Positions 45,478-54,443 of a stretch of DNA of 64,000 nt are shown here, in pieces. Numbering within the stretch: the stretch's first letter is position 1; every line of letters starts with the position of its first letter. This DNA is from an uncultured Anaeromyxobacteraceae bacterium (GTDB lineage: Bacteria; Myxococcota_A; UBA9042; DTJE01): positions 1,173-65,172 of the forward strand of contig CAYYCO010000002.1 of assembly GCA_964470365.1 (NCBI GenBank), given 5' to 3'. A model generated the notes under the pieces. That model had not been told where the DNA came from, searched no databases, and saw nothing but the letters and a program-made list of their open reading frames with translations. The position numbers and the translations under genes were made by a program.

Positions 45478-48400
45478 CTACTTCATGCAGGCGGAAGTGG
45501 TGTTGCGGAGACTGGTCAGCGTCTTGCCCTGCGAATCGGCAGTGACGATGTCGAGACACCCGTCGGCGTCAACGTCAACGACCGACATGTCGATCGGTGC
45601 CGTGCCGGTGTCGAAGCCGTAGGGTTCGCTGAAATGGCGGTTCCCGAGGTTGACGTAGATCCAGGCCATCGACGAATCCTTGTCCAGGACGACGATATCC
45701 ATGTATCCGTCGCCGTTCATGTCGGCCAGTTCCAGCGCCACCGGCGCCGATCCGGGAAACGGAACCGCGACCGGGGGTTCGAAGCCGATGTCTTCACCGA
45801 TCATGCCCACTCCGTCCTTGTCGAGCGAATACGATATGACGATGTTCCGGCTCAGCAGCGCCACGACGTCGGGATATCCGTTGTTCGCGTCGGCAATCGG
45901 CGCCGTGCCGTCAATCGGGCTGCGCAGATATCCGGCCTTTATGTCGACAGGCGCGCCGCCGACCGCGAAATCGCGGCTGCCCTCGGCCTTGGTACGGAAG
46001 ATGCCGAGCCCCTTGGCGAGGAACACCGTGAAGTCGCCCGTTCCCGCATTGGCGACAATCAGGTCGTTGCTGCCGGCCTTTCCCAGGGCGTAGTTTCCGA
46101 GGATGCGCCGCATCGGGAAAGCAATTATCGTGGAGGGCTGGCGGTCCTCCTCAATCTCAAGCGGTGCAATCAGGCTCCCGCTCGACGTCGTGAACTTGAA
46201 CGACCCGTCCATGTTGCCAAGCATCGGCTGGAGCATCCACATCGCATTTTCCCCCTCGACGTGATAGATGAACGCCACGTCCGTCACGTCGTAACCGACG
46301 CTGCTCAGCTCGTCAAAATCGGCGACCGCGGCCAGCGAAGGCAGGTTGCCGGCCACTATCGGCCGTACCGACGCCCCGACCGACATGTGCGAAGTCTCGT
46401 TGAAAAGGACCGCCGCCGATGTCGCGTGATCAGGGGCGTTCTGCGCTTCGGAGGACGTGACGATCAGGTCATCCGGCCTTTCCGCGGCTTCGGTCGACCC
46501 CAGGTAGAGGTGAAGGTCCAGGTTGCCCGCGACGATCCGCTTCGCGGTTCCCAGTCCAAGTTCGATCTCGCCGGACGGAATGATTGGCATACCGACGACG
46601 GAATCGGACGCGAAGACGCCGATCCTGCTTTTGTTGGCCACGGGCGGCAACAGGACGGCGGCATCGACGAAATCGGCCTTGGCGCCCGACAGCGGCTGCG
46701 TGAAGTGGCCTGTGGCCAGGGACAGTGGCACGTCGCCGAGCAGCGCCTGGTACGACCCCATGAAGCGCCGTCCATCCTCCTGCTCGCGATAGTAGATCAC
46801 CGTGAGGGCGTCGCCGTCGCGGTTCAGAAGCACCACGTCCATAAGACCGTCGGCGTCCATATCGGCCATCGCCACGTCGCGGGCAGCGCCCGAAAGAAGC
46901 GATATGTCGCTGCGGACGTATTCGTAGCCCGTGAAATCGCTGTTTCCCATGAAGAGCTGAACCATGTTCGCGCCCGCGCACAGGACCGCCAGGTCGACGA
47001 CGTTGTTGCCGTCGATGTCGCCAATCGCGATGTCTCTGGGATTGAGACCAGTGGGCCATGCCTTGCGGGACTCGACCCTGAAGGACGTGTCAACCAGGCC
47101 GGCGATGCTGAACAGGCCGTCGCCGGACGAATCAAGCACAATCAATGAGTCCGGTGCGGCAGTCATAGATGCGAAATTGACCGCTGCCAGGGCCGAGACG
47201 TCGTCAATCTGCCCGTCTTCGGGAGTAAGTGTGCTGTTTTCACCGCTGGTCACGACACCGTCCTGGTTGACCGGGAACACCGTGACCATGCCGCTGGCCG
47301 GCCTGCCGACCACCACTGCGTTGCGCCCGTTGGCGCTGAACCTGCCGATGGTGACCTGTTGCGGCATAATCGCCCCGGAATAGAAATCTGCCGCACCCCA
47401 GGTTTCAAGGTCGCCGTATTCATCGACCAGCGAAAGGATGATCCCCGTCGAATCGAGTTCGTCATCGTCGACGAAGGCGATGTCGGGGAAGTTGTCGGAG
47501 TTGAGCTTGTCGACCGCCATGCCGATTACGTCGACCGACAAAGGAATCGTGCCGATCTCCACGAATTCAAGATTGTCCGACTGCGCGATGATGACGATGC
47601 GGCGGGTTTCCTGCGCGCCGCAGAAGGCGACGATGTCGTCCATGCCGTCGACGTTCATGTCGACGACGGCGATGCGCTGGCAGCCGTCCGCCAGAACGTC
47701 GGCCACTGGTTCGGCGATTCCGAACCTGATTCGCTGCTGGATGGACAGGCCGTCGGCCTCCGCGACCGCGATCCCCCAGATGCCGTCGTCGGCAGGCCCG
47801 AGCCTGATACCGGCGATGGTGGTGCCGACCGTTCCGAGCGGGAAAGCCACGTTTTCACCGCCCACGAACCCCGGAACCTCGACGAGGTTCATCGAATGTT
47901 CGACCAGAACATCGTGCCCCGCAACGCCGTCGTCGGCCGTAACGGTCATTGTAACAGGCCCACCCAGCCATCCGGCGATCGGAACGACCAGATCAGTGAC
48001 GTTTTCCCCGTCGACGACCCTCGTGTCCACGACCTCGGCCGTTGCCCCGGCCTGTTCGGGCCACGACCATTCGAACCCGTTGACCGAGATGCCCACGTTG
48101 TGGACCTTGTTGCCTTCGTCGGACACCTTTACGCGGATCGTCAGGCCGCCGATGAAATTGGAATCCGCAAGCGGGGTCGGGTCCAGGATTTCGACCAGCG
48201 GGGCCTTGTTGTCGACAAGTATCTTACCCTTGACCGAGACCTCGCGGTTGTCCTGCGAAACGGCCACGATCCTGATGGATTCGTTGCCCTCGAGCAGCTT
48301 CCTGGTGTCGATGTCGACGGTATATGTGCCGGAGCCGTCGATACCCATCACGATGGGCTCAAACGACGTGTTCCTGACCATCGAAACCGTCACGGACGCC

Positions 48401-48639
48401 GGAAGATCCAGCGAATCCTCATAACGGAATTGAGCCTTGTACGTGCCGGAAATCACGGGCCTTGCTGCCGGATCGGGCGCGATGAACGACACGGTCTGCG
48501 TCGGGACGGCCACGTCCTCTTCCTGTCCAATGTCGGCCGGCCCGAGATCGTTCGTCTCCGGGCCGTCGCCGCACCCGCCGACCAGCAACCCGGACGCCAG
48601 AACGCAAAATCCCGTCAGCAACATGGTTTTATTTAGCAT
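45478..48639 (-). CDS. Giant secreted FG-GAP/VCBS-repeat lipoprotein
   Basis: Lipobox GGC. Repeated Ca-binding-like DxDxDG motifs (DIDGNNVVD, DMDADGLMD, DMNGDGYMD, DVDADGCLD). Confidence 0.75.
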   Translation of the reverse strand: MLNKTMLLTGFCVLASGLLVGGCGDGPETNDLGPADIGQEEDVAVPTQTVSFIAPDPAARPVISGTYKAQFRYEDSLDLPASVTVSMVRNTSFEPIVMGIDGSGTYTVDIDTRKLLEGNESIRIVAVSQDNREVSVKGKILVDNKAPLVEILDPTPLADSNFIGGLTIRVKVSDEGNKVHNVGISVNGFEWSWPEQAGATAEVVDTRVVDGENVTDLVVPIAGWLGGPVTMTVTADDGVAGHDVLVEHSMNLVEVPGFVGGENVAFPLGTVGTTIAGIRLGPADDGIWGIAVAEADGLSIQQRIRFGIAEPVADVLADGCQRIAVVDMNVDGMDDIVAFCGAQETRRIVIIAQSDNLEFVEIGTIPLSVDVIGMAVDKLNSDNFPDIAFVDDDELDSTGIILSLVDEYGDLETWGAADFYSGAIMPQQVTIGRFSANGRNAVVVGRPASGMVTVFPVNQDGVVTSGENSTLTPEDGQIDDVSALAAVNFASMTAAPDSLIVLDSSGDGLFSIAGLVDTSFRVESRKAWPTGLNPRDIAIGDIDGNNVVDLAVLCAGANMVQLFMGNSDFTGYEYVRSDISLLSGAARDVAMADMDADGLMDVVLLNRDGDALTVIYYREQEDGRRFMGSYQALLGDVPLSLATGHFTQPLSGAKADFVDAAVLLPPVANKSRIGVFASDSVVGMPIIPSGEIELGLGTAKRIVAGNLDLHLYLGSTEAAERPDDLIVTSSEAQNAPDHATSAAVLFNETSHMSVGASVRPIVAGNLPSLAAVADFDELSSVGYDVTDVAFIYHVEGENAMWMLQPMLGNMDGSFKFTTSSGSLIAPLEIEEDRQPSTIIAFPMRRILGNYALGKAGSNDLIVANAGTGDFTVFLAKGLGIFRTKAEGSRDFAVGGAPVDIKAGYLRSPIDGTAPIADANNGYPDVVALLSRNIVISYSLDKDGVGMIGEDIGFEPPVAVPFPGSAPVALELADMNGDGYMDIVVLDKDSSMAWIYVNLGNRHFSEPYGFDTGTAPIDMSVVDVDADGCLDIVTADSQGKTLTSLRNTTSACMK

Positions 48640-48760
48640 GCTGAACCCCATGAAATCCCGCCATATTGTCACGGATGGGCCATACAGCGTCAAGAAAACG
48701 GCCCGGGATGCGGGTGGGCGATCAATCAGGCATGATGCGGAATTTTATTAAACCGGGGAA

Positions 48761-49042
48761 TCAGGAGGAGCTGCCGTCGATGACCGAAACCACCGCGGCA
48801 TCGGTCAGAACGTCGCGGCTGCGCGGTTCAACGGCGTTTCGGGCCCCGCTTCCGAACGCGATAACGACGTCCTGGCCGACCGATGCGTCGAGATTGTCGG
48901 TGGCGACAACCAGCCGGCCCGTGGTTTCGTACCCGCCGCCGCCCAGGGCGCGCAGTTCAGCAACCAGCAGCAGTTTCATGCCCGATATGCGGGGTGCCTT
49001 CTTCGTGGCCCAGACCTCCCCGACGACGCGGCCACGGATCAT
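48761..49042 (-). CDS. Bacterial microcompartment vertex protein (BMC-P; EutN/CcmL/PduN family), paralog 1
   Basis: MIRGRVVGEVWATKK...GMKLLLV...VATDNLDASVGQDVVIAFGSGAR...AAVVSVID matches the EutN_CcmL pattern. Confidence 0.8.
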   Translation of the reverse strand: MIRGRVVGEVWATKKAPRISGMKLLLVAELRALGGGGYETTGRLVVATDNLDASVGQDVVIAFGSGARNAVEPRSRDVLTDAAVVSVIDGSSS

Positions 49043-49344
49043 ATGTTCACCCCCTGGCCACGGACAGGCAGACCCTCATAAATTTCCACGCCGTCGACGA
49101 TGGCCGCGACCGACGCCTCGACCGGGTACCTGGTGTCGCCCATCGCCCACCTGGCCGGCAGTCCCATGCAGACGACCACGTCCTGGCCGACCTCGGCGCC
49201 GACCGGGTCCACGGCAATCAGGTTGTCGCCGTCATGGTCGGGACGGTGCCAGCACAGCGGCTGGATGATCAGCAGCTTCGTGCCGCCAAGCCGTTCGCAT
49301 TTTCTGGTGGCCCAGAGCTGGCCTATGACACGCCCAAGAATCAT
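49039..49344 (-). CDS. BMC-P (EutN/CcmL/PduN family), paralog 2
   Basis: MILGRVIGQLWATRK...GTKLLIIQPL...IAVDPVGAEVGQDVVV...PVEASVAAIVDGVEI. ATGA overlap with paralog 1. Confidence 0.85.
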   Translation of the reverse strand: MILGRVIGQLWATRKCERLGGTKLLIIQPLCWHRPDHDGDNLIAVDPVGAEVGQDVVVCMGLPARWAMGDTRYPVEASVAAIVDGVEIYEGLPVRGQGVNI

Positions 49345-49356
49345 TCCGGTTCCCGT

Positions 49357-49668
49357 TCAGCAGTCGATCGATGCCGCGTCGACAATCGCGATGACCGCGT
49401 TCTTCGTAGTCACTTCCGGCCCCAGGGCAAGGTCCCGCACGCGGCTGCCGATCGCGACGACGACGATCTGACCCACATCGGCGCCCAGCGGGTCGACCGC
49501 CAGCAGGGTCGAACCGGACAGCATCGGCCCGTCGATGTCGGCCCTGATCGTGGTTCCGGGACCAGCGCCGTCCAGACTGATGCGCCGGATCTCGACCACG
49601 CGCCGGGATACCAGCCCGTCTGACTGCCGCGCGCCCCAAACCGTTCCGATTACCTTGCCCAGGATCAT
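49357..49668 (-). CDS. BMC-P (EutN/CcmL/PduN family), paralog 3
   Basis: MILGKVIGTVWGARQ...LLAVDPLGADVGQIVVVAIGSR...AVIAIVDAASI. Confidence 0.85.
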   Translation of the reverse strand: MILGKVIGTVWGARQSDGLVSRRVVEIRRISLDGAGPGTTIRADIDGPMLSGSTLLAVDPLGADVGQIVVVAIGSRVRDLALGPEVTTKNAVIAIVDAASIDC

Positions 49669-50177
49669 CTGTCCGCGCCCTTTTCCAGCAGCGATTTCAT
49701 GGCCGCCGCCTCGTCGTCGAGTATCTTGCGCGCGGTGTCGGCAATTATCAACTCGGCAATCTTCCCCACCAGGAACACCTTGATCTTCAGTTCACCGGAG
49801 ATGATGCGGCGCGTGCGGCCGCCGCCCAGATCGACGAATTCCATCGTGCCGGTGTTTTCAAGCAGGGGCACGATGCCCGCGGTCGTAGGCACGTTTTCGA
49901 ACGACGCCCGGCAGGCGGCAAGATCGATTTCCGATTCCTCGACCCATTCCATCCACTGCGGCTCGACCTTCTTTCCACCGACGTCGCCGATCAGCGGAAC
50001 AGGAAGATACCTGACCCTGCGGCGGATCCGGTCGCCGTCGCGGGACCATTCGAGCGTTTCCGCGTCCAGCACCGTGATCATGGAACCTTTCAGCCGTTCC
50101 GTGACGCCGTTTTCGAAGATTGCCTCCACCAGGCGGCGACGGTCACACGGGAAATCGTGTTCGTACTTGAATTTCAT
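49665..50177 (-). CDS. Hypothetical protein (possibly SRPBCC/DUF2505-like)
   Basis: Internal ATG at 50177 (MKFKYEHDFPCD...), 170 aa. ATGA overlap with BMC-P paralog 3. The longer track ORF N-terminus is implausible. Confidence 0.5.
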   Translation of the reverse strand: MKFKYEHDFPCDRRRLVEAIFENGVTERLKGSMITVLDAETLEWSRDGDRIRRRVRYLPVPLIGDVGGKKVEPQWMEWVEESEIDLAACRASFENVPTTAGIVPLLENTGTMEFVDLGGGRTRRIISGELKIKVFLVGKIAELIIADTARKILDDEAAAMKSLLEKGADR

Positions 50178-50259
50178 GCCGGTTTCCTTGAACGCGACTG
50201 GCCGACATGATACCTTCCGCACATGTTTCGTGGCAATCCCTCCTTCAGGGTTCCCTATC

Positions 50260-51153
50260 ATGATCAGACTTAACAAATTTATCGCAGACGCCGGGATGGC
50301 CTCGCGCAGGCAGGCAGAACAGATGATCGCCGAAGGCCGTGTGACCGTTAACGGCAACACGGCGACCATCGGCCAATCGATCGATCCGGAAAGGGACCGC
50401 GTAATGATCGACGGTTCCGGCATCCGCAAGATGCCGGCGCGCGTTTACATGATCATGAACAAGCCGCGCGAGGTCCTCTGCACCGCCGCGGACGCCAATG
50501 GCCGCCGCACCGTGTACGATCTGCTGCCTGATCTTCCGTCCAGGGTCCATTCGGTCGGCCGGCTCGATTTCATGAGCGAAGGCGTGCTGCTTTTCACGAA
50601 CGACGGCGACCTCACCCGGAAACTGACGCACCCGTCGGGCGGCCTGGAAAGGGAATACGAGGTCAAGCTGCAGGGGCCGGTGCGCGACTGGGTCCTGGGC
50701 CGCCTGGCCAGCGGGGTCCAGCTCAACGACGGGATGGCGCGGGCGCTGCGCGTGTCCCGTCTGAGGATGGCGCGCACGAACGAATGGCTGACGATCACCC
50801 TGGCCGAGGGCCGGTACCGCGAGGTCAGGCGCATGTTCGAGGCGGTCGGCTACAACGTCCTGAAACTGAAACGCGTCCGCTTCGGGCCGATCCAGCTCGG
50901 CGACCTGCCGATCGGGCGGGTCAGGGATCTGACCGATGAAGAGGTGATGGCGCTGAAGTCAGGCCGCTCGACCCCGCTGCCGAAACCCGGGGAGGTACGC
51001 AGGAAGCACCTGTCGGAACAGAAAAAACGCGAAAAGGGCTGGGCAGTGTCAAAGGAAAAGAAGCCCCGCCCCGGTTCGTCCTCCTCAAGATCGCCGAAGA
51101 CCGGCACCGGAAACGCCAGACCCCGCACCGCGGCCACGCGTCAGAAAGTGTAA
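50260..51153 (+). CDS. rluB: 23S rRNA pseudouridine synthase, RluB type (S4 domain + RsuA-family catalytic domain, basic C-tail)
   Basis: MIRLNKFIADAGMASRRQAEQMIAEGRVTVNG (S4), HSVGRLD catalytic Asp motif, Lys/Arg-rich C-terminus. Confidence 0.8.
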   Translation: MIRLNKFIADAGMASRRQAEQMIAEGRVTVNGNTATIGQSIDPERDRVMIDGSGIRKMPARVYMIMNKPREVLCTAADANGRRTVYDLLPDLPSRVHSVGRLDFMSEGVLLFTNDGDLTRKLTHPSGGLEREYEVKLQGPVRDWVLGRLASGVQLNDGMARALRVSRLRMARTNEWLTITLAEGRYREVRRMFEAVGYNVLKLKRVRFGPIQLGDLPIGRVRDLTDEEVMALKSGRSTPLPKPGEVRRKHLSEQKKREKGWAVSKEKKPRPGSSSSRSPKTGTGNARPRTAATRQKV

Positions 51154-54100
51154 AGAATCCCGAAGTGGATGTTCCCGAATTCGTCGTTCGACTGGCACTG
51201 GCCCGTATCCGGGTCGATTGTCTTGCAGCGCCTGTCAAGTATGATGCCGTAATCAAGCCTGATCGGGACCACGCCTGCCAGCATGTACCGGAGTCCGACA
51301 CCGACCGAGTGCCTGAAACTCGCACCGCTCAGTTCGTCAAACGATTCCGCCAGCGCCCCGAAATCGTAGAAGGCGGCGCCGTACAGGTCGATCTTCCGGA
51401 TGATCGGGAACCGGATCTCAAACGAACCCGAAACGACGACGTCGCCGCCGAACGGCTTGTACCAGGTCGTCTTCATCGCCTGGTTTCCCTGATCGTCCAG
51501 GACCGGGTCCCCGTTTTCATCCACCATCGGTTCGTCATATGACCGAAGTCGCAGCGACTTGTCCGGTTTGTACTGCCCGACCCCGTCGGTCGAAAATCCC
51601 CGCAGCCCACGGTTTCCGCCGAGCGTGTACCGTTCCTCGATCGGCAGGTCGCCTGACGAAGAGAACGATTGGGAGCCGCCGATCCGGGCGAACAGCCCGA
51701 ACGTGACAATCTTGCGGACACTGAAGAATGCCTTGCCGGTGAATTCGTATTTCAGGTAGTTGCCCTGCGAAACATCGTTGATGTACGCAAGGCTGGCCTG
51801 GGCGAAGAACCCCTTGGTCGGGTTGATCGGATGGTCCAGGCCGTCGTATGTGATCGAGGGCATAAGCTTGTTTTCGTAACGCCACGGGTCGTAAGCGGAC
51901 GACATTGACGGGTCGCGGGTCTTGATGACGCCGGTGTCGAACGACAGCGAACCGAACAGGTGCGGCACGAATTCCTTGGAAATCGCAATCTCGGCGCCGA
52001 ACTGGATCCGGTCCAGCGCCTTGGTCGCCCGGTCGTATTCGGCATACGGCGTGACGCGGAACGAAAGGCCCTTCGCGAAGAAGTTCGGGTCGAGGTACGT
52101 CGGCGTGAACGATGCGTAGCGGTCCCAGGCGGTAAACGAAAGCCCGTACTTGACCGGCAGGTACAGCCGCTTCCCGTAGCCCAGGAAATTGGTGTCCGAG
52201 TACCTCACTTCGAGCGTCATCAGGATATCGGGCAGGTTCAGGCCGAGGCTCCGCCCGAAGCCGGTCGTGGTTATGTCGTTGATCGCGACGGTGTTCGTCA
52301 GGATGGACGACACCGCGGCCGGCATGCTGGCCGACCTGGTCGAATCGAGCTTCTCGATCCCGACGGCGATATCGACGAACTTCGATTTCGCCTCGCGTAC
52401 CCGGACGACAAGGCCGACCCGTTCCCTCGCCGGCTTTTCGTCGGCCCCGACGACGTCGACACGCACGGACTCGAATATCCCGAGATTGTTCAGGTACCTG
52501 ACCGCCGCCGACACCTTCTCCACGTCGTAGGGATCGCCGGTCCTGGGGAAGTCCTTCAGTATGACCGAAGTCTTCGTCTTGACGGCGCCCTCCACGAACA
52601 CCTCACCGACGATGGTGCGCGGCCCCTCGTCGATCTCCAGAAACAGGTCGACCATTTCGGACTTCACGTCGGTCGGCCTGCACGATTCCCGATCGATGTC
52701 TGGCGCGGTGCCTTCGCAGGAAATGTTGACGCGGGCGTTCAGGAATCCTTCCCTGGCGTACCGCCTGCCCAGTTCGCGCAGCGCCTTGTCCAGCGTGACC
52801 GGCGAAAACGCCCGCCCCTTGACCAGCCTCATTATGTCCTGGATCTGCCTGGTCGAAAGGAACTTGTTGCCGCTGATGAGAACTGTTCCGATGGAGGTCC
52901 GGACACCCTCGTCGATCGATATGTCCAGATAAACGCCCTCGGTTTCGCCGATGACGACCACCTCGAACGCGCTCTGGACGCCCGAATACGACAGGACCTC
53001 GTTTCCTTCGTCATCCTTGCGTGTGGTGACGCTGTATCCCTTGTCTATCGTCCCGACGAACTTCATGTCCGGGAAACCGCGCTCCCGATAGAGGGTCCTG
53101 ACCTTGTCAAGGTCGATGGCAATCTGTCCAGGCATCACCGCGCCCGTGCCTCCGAAGAAGTCATAAGGCTTCGTCCCCATCACGGCGACGATATCGGCCT
53201 TCTTCACGGACTTGTTGCCCCTTATCCGGATATCCCTGATTTCCGCCTTCCCGCCGGCCGTGATGAAGTACGAAATCCTCCCGGCGACGCCCTGCCCGAA
53301 CCCGGTCGCCGGCCCGGATCTGGGCCTTGACCTGTAATCCAGTACGACGTCGGCGAAGAGGTAACCGCGATCCTCGAACCACTGCTGCAGGCCGGCGCGC
53401 CCGCGGGAGGCCTCCGACAGGTCGAATATGCCCGACTCGTCGAACGACAGCGATTCGAGGAGGTCCGGGTTGTCGACGGGCTTGAAACCGTTCCTGGCGT
53501 CTTCCGGATCGTCCCGGCGGTATATCCTGATGAGCCAGCAGGAATCCCACGTCACATCCACATTCATCGTTCCGGTGGCCTGGATGTATTCGGACTTGAC
53601 CTTGACGCCGGCATAACCGACCTGACGCAGCCGCCTGACCAGCGCCCTGGCGATTTCAGGATTCGTCTTTTCGGTAAGCGGGCTGCCGCGCCTGATGCCG
53701 GACCACGAAACGAGGTCGGCCTCACGGATGGCTGGACACTCCTCGACCGGCTCGACACCTGACTGGAGGCTGCCGTCCGTACGCGCGGGCGCCGCCACCG
53801 CCATGGACCGCCGCATCGCCACACGGACATCCTTGAGTCTGATGCGCGGCCCTTCCCTGATATCGACGCGCAGCGATACCGAATAGTCGTCGACCGGCAG
53901 GATCTCGATTGTCACCGTCGTCCCGGTGTAGCCGTCCTTCTGGTACTCCTTGCGCAGCACGTTTTCCTGACTGTGCAGGAACTTGATATCGCTGACATTG
54001 GATGCGTCGAACGGATCCCCGACCCTCAAGGACAACTTCTCGGCCAGGTACGAATCCCAGAAATGCTTGTTGCCCTTGAACTTTATCTTCGCAATGCGTT

Positions 54101-54443
54101 TCACCGGGATGACGCTCAACCTGACGTCGACGCCGCTGCCGGCGTTGACGCATTCGATGTCGGCGTGCGTGAAGAAACCCAGTTTCGCGACACGGGCCAG
54201 AGCCACGGGGATCTTTCCCGGATCCAGGTAACCGCCGACCCTCACGTCAACAAGGCTTATCAGGCGCGAAACGAAGTCCGGTTCCCTGCACTCCCTGGTG
54301 GCGCAATCGACGATGGACACCGAAAGGACGGGGCCTTCGCCGCAGGACTCGTATTCCGACGCGTACTGCGCGTTCGCGGGCCACGCCGGTACGGTCTGCA
54401 GCAGGGCGGCCGCCAGGGCCGTTATGGCGATACTCCTATTCAA
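51141..54443 (-). CDS. Omp85-family outer-membrane protein (BamA/TamA-like), unusually long at 1100 aa
   Basis: TTG start with a signal peptide. Multiple POTRA-like repeats. C-terminal beta-barrel ending ...IHFGILYTF. Confidence 0.75.
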   Translation of the reverse strand: MNRSIAITALAAALLQTVPAWPANAQYASEYESCGEGPVLSVSIVDCATRECREPDFVSRLISLVDVRVGGYLDPGKIPVALARVAKLGFFTHADIECVNAGSGVDVRLSVIPVKRIAKIKFKGNKHFWDSYLAEKLSLRVGDPFDASNVSDIKFLHSQENVLRKEYQKDGYTGTTVTIEILPVDDYSVSLRVDIREGPRIRLKDVRVAMRRSMAVAAPARTDGSLQSGVEPVEECPAIREADLVSWSGIRRGSPLTEKTNPEIARALVRRLRQVGYAGVKVKSEYIQATGTMNVDVTWDSCWLIRIYRRDDPEDARNGFKPVDNPDLLESLSFDESGIFDLSEASRGRAGLQQWFEDRGYLFADVVLDYRSRPRSGPATGFGQGVAGRISYFITAGGKAEIRDIRIRGNKSVKKADIVAVMGTKPYDFFGGTGAVMPGQIAIDLDKVRTLYRERGFPDMKFVGTIDKGYSVTTRKDDEGNEVLSYSGVQSAFEVVVIGETEGVYLDISIDEGVRTSIGTVLISGNKFLSTRQIQDIMRLVKGRAFSPVTLDKALRELGRRYAREGFLNARVNISCEGTAPDIDRESCRPTDVKSEMVDLFLEIDEGPRTIVGEVFVEGAVKTKTSVILKDFPRTGDPYDVEKVSAAVRYLNNLGIFESVRVDVVGADEKPARERVGLVVRVREAKSKFVDIAVGIEKLDSTRSASMPAAVSSILTNTVAINDITTTGFGRSLGLNLPDILMTLEVRYSDTNFLGYGKRLYLPVKYGLSFTAWDRYASFTPTYLDPNFFAKGLSFRVTPYAEYDRATKALDRIQFGAEIAISKEFVPHLFGSLSFDTGVIKTRDPSMSSAYDPWRYENKLMPSITYDGLDHPINPTKGFFAQASLAYINDVSQGNYLKYEFTGKAFFSVRKIVTFGLFARIGGSQSFSSSGDLPIEERYTLGGNRGLRGFSTDGVGQYKPDKSLRLRSYDEPMVDENGDPVLDDQGNQAMKTTWYKPFGGDVVVSGSFEIRFPIIRKIDLYGAAFYDFGALAESFDELSGASFRHSVGVGLRYMLAGVVPIRLDYGIILDRRCKTIDPDTGQCQSNDEFGNIHFGILYTF

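Noticed and set aside
45634-48636. Long plus-strand ORFs (504 aa, 425 aa, 328 aa) inside the FG-GAP gene region
   Set aside because: Antisense or out of frame to a 1053 aa protein with clear repeated DxDxDG modules. Compositionally biased.
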